A stretch of 64,000 nt of DNA from Podarcis filfolensis. Taxonomy: Eukaryota. The notes under the pieces are model-generated. The model searched no databases, was not told where the DNA came from, and worked only from the letters and a program-made list of their open reading frames with translations. The position numbers were made by a program, and so were the translations under genes. Numbering within the stretch: the first letter of the stretch is position 1; the number at the start of each line of letters is the position of its first letter. This document shows, piece after piece, positions 47,555 through 59,729 of the stretch. The DNA lies in assembly GCA_964270895.1 (NCBI GenBank), contig OZ185435.1; one strand, given 5' to 3'.

Positions 47555-50004
47555 CTGCCAGAGGAAGTACAAGCAAAAAGGGAAGCGGGAAGGAAAAAAA
47601 GACAAGTTTTAACAGATAAAGCCTCTGACAGGGAAAGCGCCGGATTTCTCAGACAAACATGAACCCCACCCATCCACAAAAGCACACACACACACAAAAC
47701 AAATCATTTTACCATGGAAAATAATATTGTAAAGCATGTCATCTTATGATCAGAATAGGCCTGGGACATTTCACAGAGCTGAAAGGATGATGCACAGAGT
47801 TCAATATAAATTCACATTGGATGGGATTCACCTAGCCAGTCCTGTCAGCAGAAGCCCTGTGTAAGGAGTTCTGCTTGCACAATTGGGCTCTGCCTCCCTG
47901 TGCCCCACCTGAAATTGGCTTGGCTGGGGTCAAGGTAACCCCCAGGACAGCATAAGGCGGAGAAGAGGGGGGATTGTTCCGTCAGGGAAGCTGCAACGCT
48001 TGTGCAGACAGAATGATTAGAAGAGCATTATGATGAATTCCACCCATTATATTTTGCAAATCACCCAAATTATCTCCTATCACCCCAACAAAGGATCTCA
48101 CATAATCCTTCAAAATGACTTTGCACAAAAGCCCCATTCTCAACTTCTCCACCATACATTTGGTCAAGTGCACATTTGTCGGATCCGAACAAAATCCCCC
48201 AGAATTACTGTACACAAAAACTCTATGCTCATATTCTCTGCCACACATTCTGGCAAGTATACATTTGTAGGGCCTGTACACATGACCATAATCTCTCAAA
48301 ATCACTGTGCACAAAAGCCCTGTACACAATCCATCAAAGTTACTGACCATAATAACCCTATTCTCAATTTTTCAAGCACATGTTTTATCAACTATACATT
48401 GGTAGAACTTCCTGCACACAACCAGGTCCCCAATCCTGAGCCCATGCCCTGCATGTATAAAACTGTACATGTGTAGAGACCCTTTCCACTCTTGGTCTGA
48501 GGTGCAGAGGTCAGGGAGCCTCAAGGGGAGACAATTCCTCTCCATGTGCTGATTAAAAGAATGCAGGAGGTGAGAACAGTGCTTAGACTCTGTAAATTAC
48601 TGGCCTCCCATAATATTCAGCAAAAACAGGAGCAGGCCTCAGGCTGACACGCTCTTTTCCATTATTGACAGAAAGTTATTTCTGTCCCATGACAGAATTT
48701 GCATTGTGGAACTCTGATAGAATAATGAAAATACTAGAGAAAGAAGTTTATTGAGGGTAAGGGAGGGCCCATTTTCAAACAAGCGTAAGTCAAGATCCAG
48801 AAGGGGAGGAAGTGCAGAAGCCCAGATACTGGAGCATATTAATGTTGGCAACTCACCTGCAGTTTCATTGTTACAGGGGTGGGGAAGTCAACCTTTTCCA
48901 AGGAAAAAGCCTTAGTGGGCTGAATAGGATCTACAAGTCTTATGTTAGCTAACCCTTTTTATAGGGATAGGAGGCAACATCTCTTTATTTGCTTACAACA
49001 CACAAAATCCAAAGACGCAAAGGGACTACAGGAACTAAGTTCATCTGTTCAAACTACGATAAAAGCAACGTCACGATGGCAGAGGTAGTATCACAAAAAA
49101 CGGGATTCAATATCAGATACCTTTCCTCCAGCACATGGGACCTTGCATACAATAAGCGGCGAGCAATGAAGAAATGGGAAGTGAAAATGGTTATTTTGAA
49201 GGCTTCTACCACAAATTAAGTTTAAAGACTGATACACGTAGGTCTCACTTTCCGAACACAATGTGTTCCCAGGAAATTATTCATTAGGTTTGCATAGTGA
49301 GTTGTTTCCTATGGGAACACTTCTATTCAATGCTTTCTCTCGCCATGCTTTCTGCCTGAAACTGCAGCAACCAATCAGCAAAAGCCAAACAAAGGAAAAG
49401 CTGATTCGTCCAATCACTCCTGCTCCCTGATTGTACCAAACTCTCCCCCTCTGCCTGTAATGGTTGCCAGCAAAAAAACAAGTAAGGGTTGGACAAACTC
49501 TGGCTGTTTGGATATCTGAATCAGCCATTTGTATAGCTAGGTTTGGGTATAATTCTTTGCATTTGGACAACTGAGATTTTGGATAACAAATGTTCCGGTT
49601 GCAGGACCTGTGTGTATTTTTGTTTTGCCATGACAATAGTCAAAAGAGGGCCCAAGGTATAATGAACATAACTAATACTTTTACTAAGGGTGAAACCAGA
49701 CTACTCAAGAGAGTGGAGCTTTTCCTTATGCAGATAGCTTACACACACATTTATCACGGACACAAATACTAATTGCTATTTGACTGCTAGATTTTATCAA
49801 CTGATTTCTATTTAAAGTAAAATCCACCACTTCCAACTCCCTGTGCAGATGAACAGCATAACACTCAGTCATAGAATTACTTTATGCTATGCTTGATCTT
49901 AGCGAAAAGGCTGGTGATTACTTTTTGGTGTGAATTCTTAACAAGTATTGTACTGAAATTCACATTTCCACACCTATGGCATGGAAAATTCATCTGGAGG
50001 AGCA

Positions 50005-50071
<67 letters not shown>

Positions 50072-50088
50072 AGGGAGGGAGAGAGAGA
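50005..50088. repeat. Compound (TG)n(AG)n microsatellite
   Basis: Seen directly. Confidence 0.95.
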
Positions 50089-50557
50089 CTAATTCTTCCC
50101 TTGCATACCATTTTTCCAGTCAGAATTGTTTCCCCTTCTAGGCTGCTGTTGGCCCCATTATATTAAAAATACACCAATTTTGGTGACAATAAGCTAAGAC
50201 AGAGTCCATACTTCACTGAACAGCACAGTGGAAGAGGTTAAACCACCACTTCAGCTGCTCTGAAATTAGAAACCTTGTAGATGCATTTCAGGGAGGAGAA
50301 AAAAAGTGGGAGATCCATTCACAGATATCCTGTGGTACAACATGTTGTTTGGATGTCAACCACTTCCAGCTAAAACTTTGTCAAGTCCTAAGAATGGGCA
50401 TAAGTTAATATTTATTCACTGGGTGTCCATCATACTCATTTTAGTTCAAGGCAGTGCATTTACATAGACTACTTGGCCCATGTACTGTGTTTTCTGGAAA
50501 GCTGATAAGACACACACACTTCAGTTCATTTGATCTGCTCTGTTGAAGCATACATAC

Positions 50558-50703
50558 CCAGTTCTTTCTTTTCTTTTTCTTGGAGTCACATTCTATGTTG
50601 CTTCCCACACTGGAATGGCTGGTTGCGCTGTTAATGCTAGAGACACTGTCTGAGGAGTGCTGCCTCCGGATCCGCAAATCAGTGGTTTGTGCAGTCCCAC
50701 TTC
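50558..50703 (-). CDS. NAV2: NAV2 exon (146 nt)
   Basis: catgtag|; (G)SGTAQTTDLRIRRQHSSDSVSSINSATSHSSVGSNIECDSKKKKRKNW; |GTATG. The acceptor is the weakest call of the set but fits frame and homology. Confidence 0.9.
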
Positions 50704-50880
50704 CTACATGGTAATTAAATCTAGTTAAATGCATTCAGAAATGGCATCTTCCTTTTTCTTCCTATACATGGACATTCTCCCTTGCTGTCCCTTGCTATCA
50801 CATGCAATCAAAATTACCTGCCCCACCTTCTTCATAGCCAGCCCAGAGAACTGTAATAGTCCTGGCTGGGGCACATGGTA

Positions 50881-51053
50881 CCGTATTTTTCCGTGTATAA
50901 GACTAATATAAGACTAGGTTTTTCCCCTAAAAAATAATGTCAAAATTAGGGGGCGTCTTATAGACGGATACATTCCCCCCCCTCTTAAATCCGAGTCCCC
51001 CAAAATAGGGGATGTCTTATACATGGGGGCATCTTATAGACAGAAAAAGACGG
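50881..51053. mobile_element. Tc1/mariner (Tc2/pogo-like) MITE
   Basis: TA|CCGTATTTTTCCGTGTATAAGAC ... TCTTATAGACAGAAAAAGACGG|TA. Confidence 0.85.
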
Positions 51054-51638
51054 TAGTTGTAGCCAAAATATTTGGAGAGTTTAAGCACTGAATCTCTGTT
51101 CCTCCTGCCATACTATATCCTAGCATGGATCCAGAATTGGCCTCCACAGTCACTTACAGACACACTGTTAAGACAGTGTTCATGGAAGACAATCTTACTT
51201 GGCCACGATTGATTGCCAAAGAAGAAGAAAGAAGACTATCCTAGCATGGCAGAATAACATCACTATGTGGGTGATGGAGCAGGAAGTGAATCTTGACTGC
51301 TGAAACAATAGAGCAGTGGTGGTTATGTTAGATGGAAGAGGCAGAGCAATGCTGACTGCTGCGTATGGCACTGGAAAAGAAACTGCTAGCGAGATGTGGG
51401 TTGCAGCAAGGGACCCTACTGTAATATTGTGGCGATTTCTAAACTACAAGTCTATAAACAGCATTAGTAACAATAGGCCTACCACTGCAAGAAATAAAGT
51501 TCAGTTTGATGATTAAACACATAGTCTATCTCTGGAAAAAGAACTCTGCAAAACTTTGCATCAGCTATTACCAAGGGGATGAATGCCCTCAGAGCGTTAC
51601 ACTGTTATTGAAAGGGAAGGCTGAAATCTTTCCTTTAC

Positions 51639-51750
51639 CTTTGCAGGCGAGCTCAGGTGTGTTAATTACACCATTTATGGCAGCCTGAGCAGCAGCGTTT
51701 TGTTTTTTCAGTAGTTCAATAGTTTTTCTTAACTCATTCAGTTCTGAATC
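51639..51750 (-). CDS. NAV2: NAV2 exon (112 nt)
   Basis: gttgcag|; DSELNELRKTIELLKKQNAAAQAAINGVINTPELACK; G|GTAAA. Confidence 0.96.
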
Positions 51751-52666
51751 CTGCAACACACACAAAAACAAAAAAACAAACAAATGAATGAATGTTGCCT
51801 CTGGATTTTCTCCAAAGAGTGGCCAAGCAGCCTGTACAGCACTAAAAGTTGAGACCATGCAGTCAAGCTGGATGGATGTTTAACGGGGACTCTAAGGGGA
51901 GTCTGAATCTGGTACCTGAGCAGTGGTCAGCTATGGAGACTTAGGAAGATTTTATGGATTTCACCTGTTTGCATGTTTGTCTAACTGATCAAAGATGGCT
52001 ACAAGTAGAGAAGAATATCGGCGGTGCTGAGCACATGATGTAAGGGTATAAGGACTTCTTACTTTAGTAGGAGGGTTTAAGGGTCCCTCAAGTCAAACTG
52101 GCTGGAAACCAGCATGCCACATGCCCTTATCTGTGCTCTGCCTTCTCCACATCATGTTCTTTAGGACACTTGGGTAGTTTCACAAACTCTTACAAGCACA
52201 ACACACCTTGCTCATTTCTATTCTTTGCTTGCTGCACACTGTATTGAATGGTCCAGACTAATCTAGGATAGCTACTTGGGTTTAGAACACATGACAAAAA
52301 TGATAGTTTTCCACACTCCCAGTGTAATGCTTGTTTGCCCACTTCTGGCTCATCAGCTGTATACAGCAGAAAGGAATAAGCTTGTGCAAATCAGCATAAA
52401 TTTATTAAACTGCAAACTGGGTAGATGTTCTACCTGAATGAGCCTTTAGATCATTCTATTTTAGAGTAAAAGTGCTCACTACAGTGATTATGATTATAGA
52501 TCCTTGCCCCAACAGTAGTAAATTGAAAATTTTACAACAGCTCAAAGATGCAAGAGTGTCATGCCTGCATCTCTGTAGGATCTTACTTTATAGACATTTT
52601 AGTTAGTCTAAGATATTGTAGTTCTATAGTGGGTTGAAAATACGCTTTTCAATTTAGAATGCATTA

Positions 52667-52889
52667 CAGTCATACTTCGGGTTGCGAACGTGATCTGTGC
52701 GGGAGGCACGCTTGCAACCCGCAGCATTCGCAACCCGCAGCGCCGTGTCTGCGCAAGTGCGTGACGTCATTTTGCGCTTCTGCACATGCGCTGAAACCCG
52801 GAAGTAACCTGTTCTGGTATTTCCAGGTTCAGCGGGGTCCACAACCCAAAAACGCAAACCCGCAGCGTTTGTAACCCAAGGTATGACTG
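52667..52889. mobile_element. Tc1/mariner-superfamily MITE
   Basis: TA|CAGTCATACTTCGGGTTGC ... GTAACCCAAGGTATGACTG|TA; TIR related to the 13268/59110 family, different interior. Confidence 0.88.
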
Positions 52890-53546
52890 TACTAGATAAA
52901 ATTCATAGAAAATGCATTATTTGCAGTTTGTATATATATTACAAACACATGCAAAAAAGCTGGGTTAATAGTAATAAAATACTAAGGGAGTGTAATAGTA
53001 GCCCAGAATACGGCCTGAAGACATCAGTTGGTTTCTACTGCTGGAACTAAGCAGGTCTGGTCCTGTAAACTCTCAAGAATGAAAGACCACCTGGGAACCA
53101 GAGGGAAGCTGCTTAGGGCTCTTTGGAAGAAAAACAGGATACAACTGAAATAAGTATTTATTGCTTCCAGTCATTGCATAATTGGTCTCTGCGACCCCTC
53201 TAATGTACAGGCACTGACATGCTCATTTTGTGGAAACGATGAGAGACAGGATGAATGTCAGGTTTAAAACACGGACTCAAGAAAGCACAGGGAATAGGAA
53301 CTAGTGTCACCAGATAACGTTTAGTTGCTATTGCAAATGGTCTAATGCCTCATTTTCACCCCACCACTAACCCCAAAGTTTATACTCAGTTGTCACTGGA
53401 ACGTCAGCAGCACACAGATGCCTGAGAAGTTTTGCTTTACTCTGCAGCCCAATCCCAAAGACATCACTTTACTGCGAACCCGATTTTAAAAGTTCTACTA
53501 TGGAATCTAGGCTCATGAAAAATGTACAAGGGAGCTTCAGACTTGC

Positions 53547-53630
53547 CTTCTGTTCTGCTGTCATGGTAAGGCTTTGTAGTCTAATGGTCATATTTCCTAA
53601 GCTCTGTTCAAATGCTGCCACGAGGTGAGC
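53547..53630 (-). CDS. NAV2: NAV2 exon (84 nt) with a non-canonical GC donor
   Basis: cttacag|; AHLVAAFEQSLGNMTIRLQSLTMTAEQK; donor AAG|GCAAGT. Confidence 0.94.
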
Positions 53631-54892
53631 CTGTAAGTTGAATTGCATTACACAATCAAGACTGTACCTTTGTAGACCGTTTGCAGAATAATGCAGAAGA
53701 TAACATTACGGCATGCAGAATGTAATCCACAACCAGCTAGTCCAGAAAGAACAGCACAGACAATTGAAACCTGGCAAACCTAACCTGACAAAACCATCAA
53801 ACTAAGTGGCCACACAATAACCACTGATGCTTCTGCATCTGGGTCTAAGTGTCACCTGCCATGAGCTAGCAGTTCCTGGCTTGGAGTTGTGATAACTGCT
53901 CCAATAAGTCATAGCAAAGTGTCATAACCTGGCCTGTGAAGTCTTCTGGCCTCAGGTATGTTTATACATGGTGAATCTGCTTAGGATGGCAACTTTATAA
54001 CCACTTCCTCCAAGCTAAGGAAAAGCCATGACAAATATTTATCCCGTATCAATGTGGTACAGTAAAGTCTTGTGCAGTCATTCCAGCATTGTTCATCATC
54101 AGCACATAGTTGCCTTAACCTAACTAACTGTTCTCACATTCACCGTGAAAACAACCATGAAGAGTATGATAACACTGGGATATGTGGCTCTTGCTCCCTC
54201 TGGCCCCTATAAAAACAAGCCTGGCTGAACAAGTGAGAAAAAATGGGAGAAAATAAAACAAGCTTAGCATTGACTACATGTGTTACGAAGCTAAAATGTT
54301 TACTTAAAAAATACTGGAGCGAGTAATTCCCGCTTGAAAAGATCTGCCAACTATTCAAAGAACCAGCGAAGAGTCTCAATTCAAATATTAGTAGGAAAAG
54401 AGGCATTTAAAGGGGGAACAGTTAGTACATTCCATAGTGCTGATTAAGGTGATCTCTCTGTTAGATTTGAATAGTTGATGTGAAACCAGCCCAAAGGATC
54501 AAAAGATGTTGCTATTTGACAATTGTTCCAAGGGTAATATCTTAGTGGGTGTTAATTAGTACTGTATTAATTAATTGATCAACACAACCTCCCTACCCTA
54601 TGCCCTCCCCCCAGATCTACTCCAGAGGGTTTGGGGAGCCCCCAGAACAGTTTTAGGGGGACACAGGGAGAGGAGGGGGAGAGACTCTACTGCACAAGCG
54701 TAAATACTCACAGTAATGGGACACATTATTTGGATACCACCCACAGTTAGTCTAAAATGTATTACGTTTAAAAGTTAATGTATTTTCATTTATTTCTGAT
54801 ACCAAACTATATCTGAAATTCTTATAAACCAGCTCACTGTTTATCACCAGATTGCTTCTGTCTAGCTATCTAGCTATCTCTATTGTACTCAC

Positions 54893-54967
54893 ATTGGCAG
54901 TCAACTGTGTTGTCAGAGCCGAGACTTTCTCTTGGGATGCATCCAACTCCCTCCTTAGCTTGCGAAT
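54893..54967 (-). CDS. NAV2: NAV2 exon (75 nt)
   Basis: acttag|; IRKLRRELDASQEKVSALTTQLTAN; |GTGAGT. Confidence 0.95.
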
Positions 54968-56086
54968 CTAAGTATTATATTTCAAAGGAATATTTTGTTT
55001 GACAAAACACTTTTCAAAATTAAGTTACACAAAATGAGAAAACGTATCTACAGGAATCCATATCCAGACCAAACTTGAAATGACAATATTCATAAACTAG
55101 TAAGCAGAGGGCTGGATCAAATAGTGCCCAACCCTCCACGAAAGCAGCTGGATTTGCATTTGGCTCCAAATTTAAACAGCAATTAATGTGAGCTGAGGTT
55201 GCAAAGGAACAACTGGGCTTGTGTGGCTTACGAGTGTGCTTCTGATTGTTCCTTTGCAGCCATGCCTTGCATTCGGTGCTTTTAAAATCTGGTGCCAAAT
55301 GGAAGATGTGCTGATTTTGGCAGGGATCAGATTCATTTGGGAAATGTGACTGGGAGCTCTTGAGCACAATCAATCCCACCTGACAGAAGTGTGGCTTGAA
55401 TTTGGTGCCAAACTGAAATGGCACACCACTGCTACAAAAGAACACTTGGGCCTCCACACTGTTTTTTAAAGCACAAAGGCAGCAGCTATACCCACACAAT
55501 GCAAATTAGATGATAAGGTATGTAGAAAACTGAGATAAGCACTAAAAAAGAAACCCAACAAGGAAATTCAAATAACACACACTTAACAGTGTGAAGAACA
55601 CTGCAAAACATACACACTGGTGGGTTTTCTCTCTCCAGCAGGAACTGGTGAGTATAGATCCCATGCCCAGTTCTTTGCTGAGGAAGGGCCAGAGATTCCT
55701 AAGGTATGTTGTTTGACCATGACTGAAGGATTGCTTGAACTGAAGTGATGGTTTGAACTCCATCATTTTTCTAGTCTTCCCCCAGCTCTTGCCACTGAAA
55801 CAAAAGTTTACACTTGAAGATGGGGAGTAATATTACTTTACAGTAGCCTGGCCAGGCTGTTCAGTGCCTTTAATTCTAGTGTGTCTAGTCTAGTTTTGGT
55901 CTGGAAAATGAACAGCCTGAAACTTGGAAAAGGAGACACAAAATAATGGGTGCCAAACTGAGTCTGAAAACATCTAAGACCAGCGATGAACTGCGGACAT
56001 CAATAAGTACAATAGCCTTTTCTTAGCCCACAAACTTAATGTAACTCTCAAGGCCAAGAAATACAAATATGCAAGAACCTTTTTTT

Positions 56087-56498
56087 AAAAAAACAAAAAA
56101 AATTTTTTCCTTCCAGTAGCACCTTAAAGACCAACTATAGAGAAAGTGTTGCATAGTTTTCTTGCATATTCAGTGGGATACGTGGATTGTAGAGGGTTCT
56201 TAATTCTAAGACCCTTGGGTATAATGTCCAGGTTCTTGCATTTAGTAAGAAAGAAGATATCAGTCTGTACCTGTGCAAGTTTCTTGGTGAGGTTGATGGA
56301 CTTCCATTTCATGTGGCTCAATGTGGTGCCTTCCATAGTTCCAGTTACAGATAGGTAGCCGTGTTGGTCTGCCATAGTCAAAACAAAAAAATTTTTTTCC
56401 TTCCAGTAGCACCTAGTTGGTCTTTAAGGTGCTACTGGAAGGAATTTTTTTTTTTTGTTTTGACTATGGCAGACCAACACGGCTACCTATCTGTAACT
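56087..56498 (-). mobile_element. Truncated Penelope-like element with direct and inverted pseudo-LTR copies
   Basis: ORF start MEGTTLSHMKWKSINLTKKLAQVQTDIFFLTKCKNLDIIPKGLRIKNPL (FL..C...IIPKGL is typical of PLE N-termini); TCCTTCCAGTAGCACCT occurs twice direct and once inverted. Confidence 0.8.
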
Positions 56499-56796
56499 TT
56501 TTTTTTTGTATGAGCTGGTCAGCACACCATTTATGATACTGGGTACATACAGCCCTCTTACATGCACAGTTCTGCATATAGGAAGGAGCCTGACAGGGTT
56601 GGCAAGAAGAGACGTACTCATGTGGGGAAAGCATATGGAGAAGGGCAGGATACTGCAAGACACTGTTCTTAGGGTCATTGATTTTATAAAAGCTGAGACT
56701 ATTGCCACCATGAATGCCAGACTTTTTTTTTTTAAGTGTGCCTGCCACTGAAGGTGGAAAGGTTACTAATATGAAAGAAAAGGAACTCTTCCTTAC

Positions 56797-56820
56797 CTCT
56801 GACTGACATTTCTCTTCAGG
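56797..56820 (-). CDS. NAV2: NAV2 24-nt exon (PEEKCQSE)
   Basis: ttttttccag|CCTGAAGAGAAATGTCAGTCAGAG|gtaagg; phase 0/0. Confidence 0.93.
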
Positions 56821-57055
56821 CTGGAAAAAAGAATTAAAAATGATTGTGTGAAAGTCATATTGATTATTTATTTGATACCAGATAATATTGTCCAAAAACA
56901 AAGGGAGGAAATTAGATGATTTCACATGCTTAGGCATCATAGAAAGCAAGAGGATTTAAGCACAGAAATTCTTTTGGTGCAATTTAAGTATGTTTAACAT
57001 TTTGTGTGCCCAGTTCTGAGCATTAAGATAGTCATTTCCATTTTATGACACTCAC

Positions 57056-57108
57056 CGTTGAGTAAATAGATGATGTGCTTGAAACCAAAGAGAGAGAGGA
57101 TCCATGCA
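57056..57108 (-). CDS. NAV2: NAV2 exon (53 nt)
   Basis: tcctttag|; (V)HGSSLSLVSSTSSIYST; |GTGAGT. Confidence 0.95.
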
Positions 57109-57689
57109 CTAAAGGAAACATAAAAAAGCAAATTGCTCAACTGATTCCTTGTGTACAACACAGTAAATGACAGCAGATAATTCACTGTGGATGCTGCTAG
57201 CAGCTTTAACAATTCATCAGCAGCCTATTAAAAAATTGCATCACCAGTCATAAACATATTTACTCAAAAAAATCTTTGCAGAAGTGTCAAGAAGTAAGCT
57301 GAAATAAATGGAAGCATTATACAGAGCATACCCAAAAATGGTCTCAAAATAAAGCTTTTTTTAAATTTAAAAAATCATTATTGGGATGTAAACATTTGCC
57401 TGCCTCTTATGTTTCATACATTACAAAGTTATGATAGTGCATGAAAAATGAAACAGAAGATGATGAGAAGCAGACAAAGTAAAGGTTAAACTGACCAGTC
57501 CAGTTTCACCATATGGTTGGCCTGAAGCATAAACAGCAAAAGGGAGTTAAAAGGTTTTATAAATAAAGAAGGCTGAATATTTAGGTGTTAATATAGGTAA
57601 AGACTCATATTAAGACAGCAAAGAGGAAAAAAATGAATATATTTTGACATTTTCTCTAGTGCGGGATTCCCCATTCTGGTGCCTTCCAG

Positions 57690-57778
57690 ATGATGCTTTA
57701 GCCGAGATTCCTGCATTGCAGGGGGTTGGACTAGATGTCCCTTGGAGTCCCTTCCAACTCTACGATTCTATGATTCTA
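57690..57778 (+). mobile_element. CR1 LINE 3' terminal fragment
   Basis: TTCCTGCATTGCAGGGGGTTGGACTAGATG...CCCTTCCAACTCTACGATTCTATGATTCTA. Confidence 0.85.
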
Positions 57779-59109
57779 GGGACACAATAGTAGCAGTCTA
57801 TTAACATCTGGAGGGCACCAAGTTGGGGAAGTCTGCTCAAGGGGGAGAAAAGTGGGGAAAATACAAAAATATGCTATTGCAAAATAAACAAATTCAACTG
57901 GCTTAGAAACAGATTTTGCTGTAAAAAGTAAGTTTCTTCTAATGCTATGAGTACGCAATAAAGCTGTGTTATGCAAAATGCAATTGCCTTAAGCATGTCT
58001 AGGTATGTGGCTGAAAATCTGCCATCAGCAATAAGTAGTACAGAGGCAATGAGACAAGCTGCTTCATTATTGGCCATCCCACTTCCCTCCCTTTCAACAA
58101 GACAGAACCTATAGATCCTGTTTCTTTTACACAGGATCCCCTTAACCTCACTCCCTCCCGCCATCCGGCTCTGTACCAGAATAGACGTTTCAAACCAAGG
58201 TCCCAGCGTATTGCTTTTCTTATAAATCACATTAATAACCTATAAATCAGAGACTGCTGAACTCACATCAGTCCAAAGAGCACAACCAATGTTCAAGGAT
58301 GATAGAAGCTGTAGTCCAACACCATCTGGACAGCCACAGGTTCCCCATCCCTGCAGTAGAACATTAAAACACCCACCCCCCACAGGCCTTGGGCTAATTA
58401 AACAATTTATGGCCTTTTAAACCATAAAGTATTGTTTTTGTTTGTTACTTGTGTTATGTATTTTTGTGCTTTTTATATTGGGAACTGCCCTGTGATCCTC
58501 GGATGAAGGACAGTATAGAAATTTAATAAGCAAAATAGTAAAATAGCAAACCAAAAAGAGCTTCCCTGAGGCAAGACTTAACAACAGCATGTTTATTGCA
58601 CTAAAGAATATAAATAAATAAAAATCTGGAAGTGCCAATAAACAAACAACGAACAAAAGGGGGGAAAGCCCTAAGAAGCTATCTGTATTATTAAAAACGA
58701 TTTCCACAATGACAAAGAAAGAAGTTTGTTTAATATGCAATTTACATCATGGGTTGAATCAAGTTCACAAACTAAAATCAATGGAACTTTAAACTGGAAG
58801 TGGTTCTATGCGCATGATCCAAATTTAGCAGTGCTCAGGAGCTTAGTCCCCGTGGGACTATGGAAAACATGCAGGCTAGCTCTACCTGCAGACACATGAT
58901 CAACTTTAAACTGAAGTGGGCTTGGTTGTATGGTCATTCTACATGGATGGGAATTGAAATCCCAATTGCCGTCCTTGCTGAAGGAGCCTCACCTGTGTGC
59001 ATCCATACCTCTGCTGTCCTTCAGAATGATGCTGACCACACGTCATCTGGGTGTGTGGCTGGCATATGTCTGTGTCAAAGGGGCACAGCTAGCCTATGTG
59101 TTCTCAATA

Positions 59110-59345
59110 CAGTGGTACCTCGGGTTAAGAACTGAATTAGTTCCAGAGGTCTGTTCTTAACCTGAAACAGTTATTAACCTGAGGCGTGCTTTCATTAATG
59201 GGGCCTCGCTGCCGCTGCACCGCTGGCACGCAATTTCCGTTCTTATCCTGGGGCAAAGTTTTTAACCTGGTTAGCTTCCTGGTTAGCGGAGTTTGTAACC
59301 CAAAGCGTCTGTAACCCGAAGCGTCTGTAATCCGAGGTACCACTG
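59110..59345 (-). mobile_element. Tc1/mariner-superfamily MITE (same family as 13268-13493, opposite orientation)
   Basis: TA|CAGTGGTACCTCGG ... CCGAGGTACCACTG|TA; interior is the reverse complement of the 13268 copy. Strand is nominal. Confidence 0.9.
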
Positions 59346-59653
59346 TAGAGAGTACCTGATTCAGGCTACAGTAATATTACATTTCACAAGCCCAATAACC
59401 ATATACCATTAAGTTCTTACTTTCAGTAGCAGCTCCATTCTGCTATGTCTGGCTTCTTTGGAATTTTTTCTTGTATACTTTGAAATAAGATTGTGTTAGA
59501 CATTTCCAACTATTTGTAAGGGGACCTTTCCAGAAAAATAAATTCTATGGTGTCCTCATAATCCCCAAGTAAGAAAATGATTCTGTCTTAAGTAATTTAA
59601 TTTTACATTAATCAAATACAACTAATATTTTGGTAACTTCTTAGTAGACCTAA

Positions 59654-59654
<1 letters not shown>

Positions 59655-59714
<60 letters not shown>

Positions 59715-59729
59715 TGAGTGTGTGTGTGT
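59655..59729. repeat. Compound (TG)n(AG)n(TG)n microsatellite
   Basis: Seen directly. Confidence 0.95.

Noticed and set aside
57964-57978. Sox2-Oct4 composite-like CTGTGTTATGCAAAA
   Set aside because: The SOX half lacks the CWTTGT core, and the octamer is imperfect.
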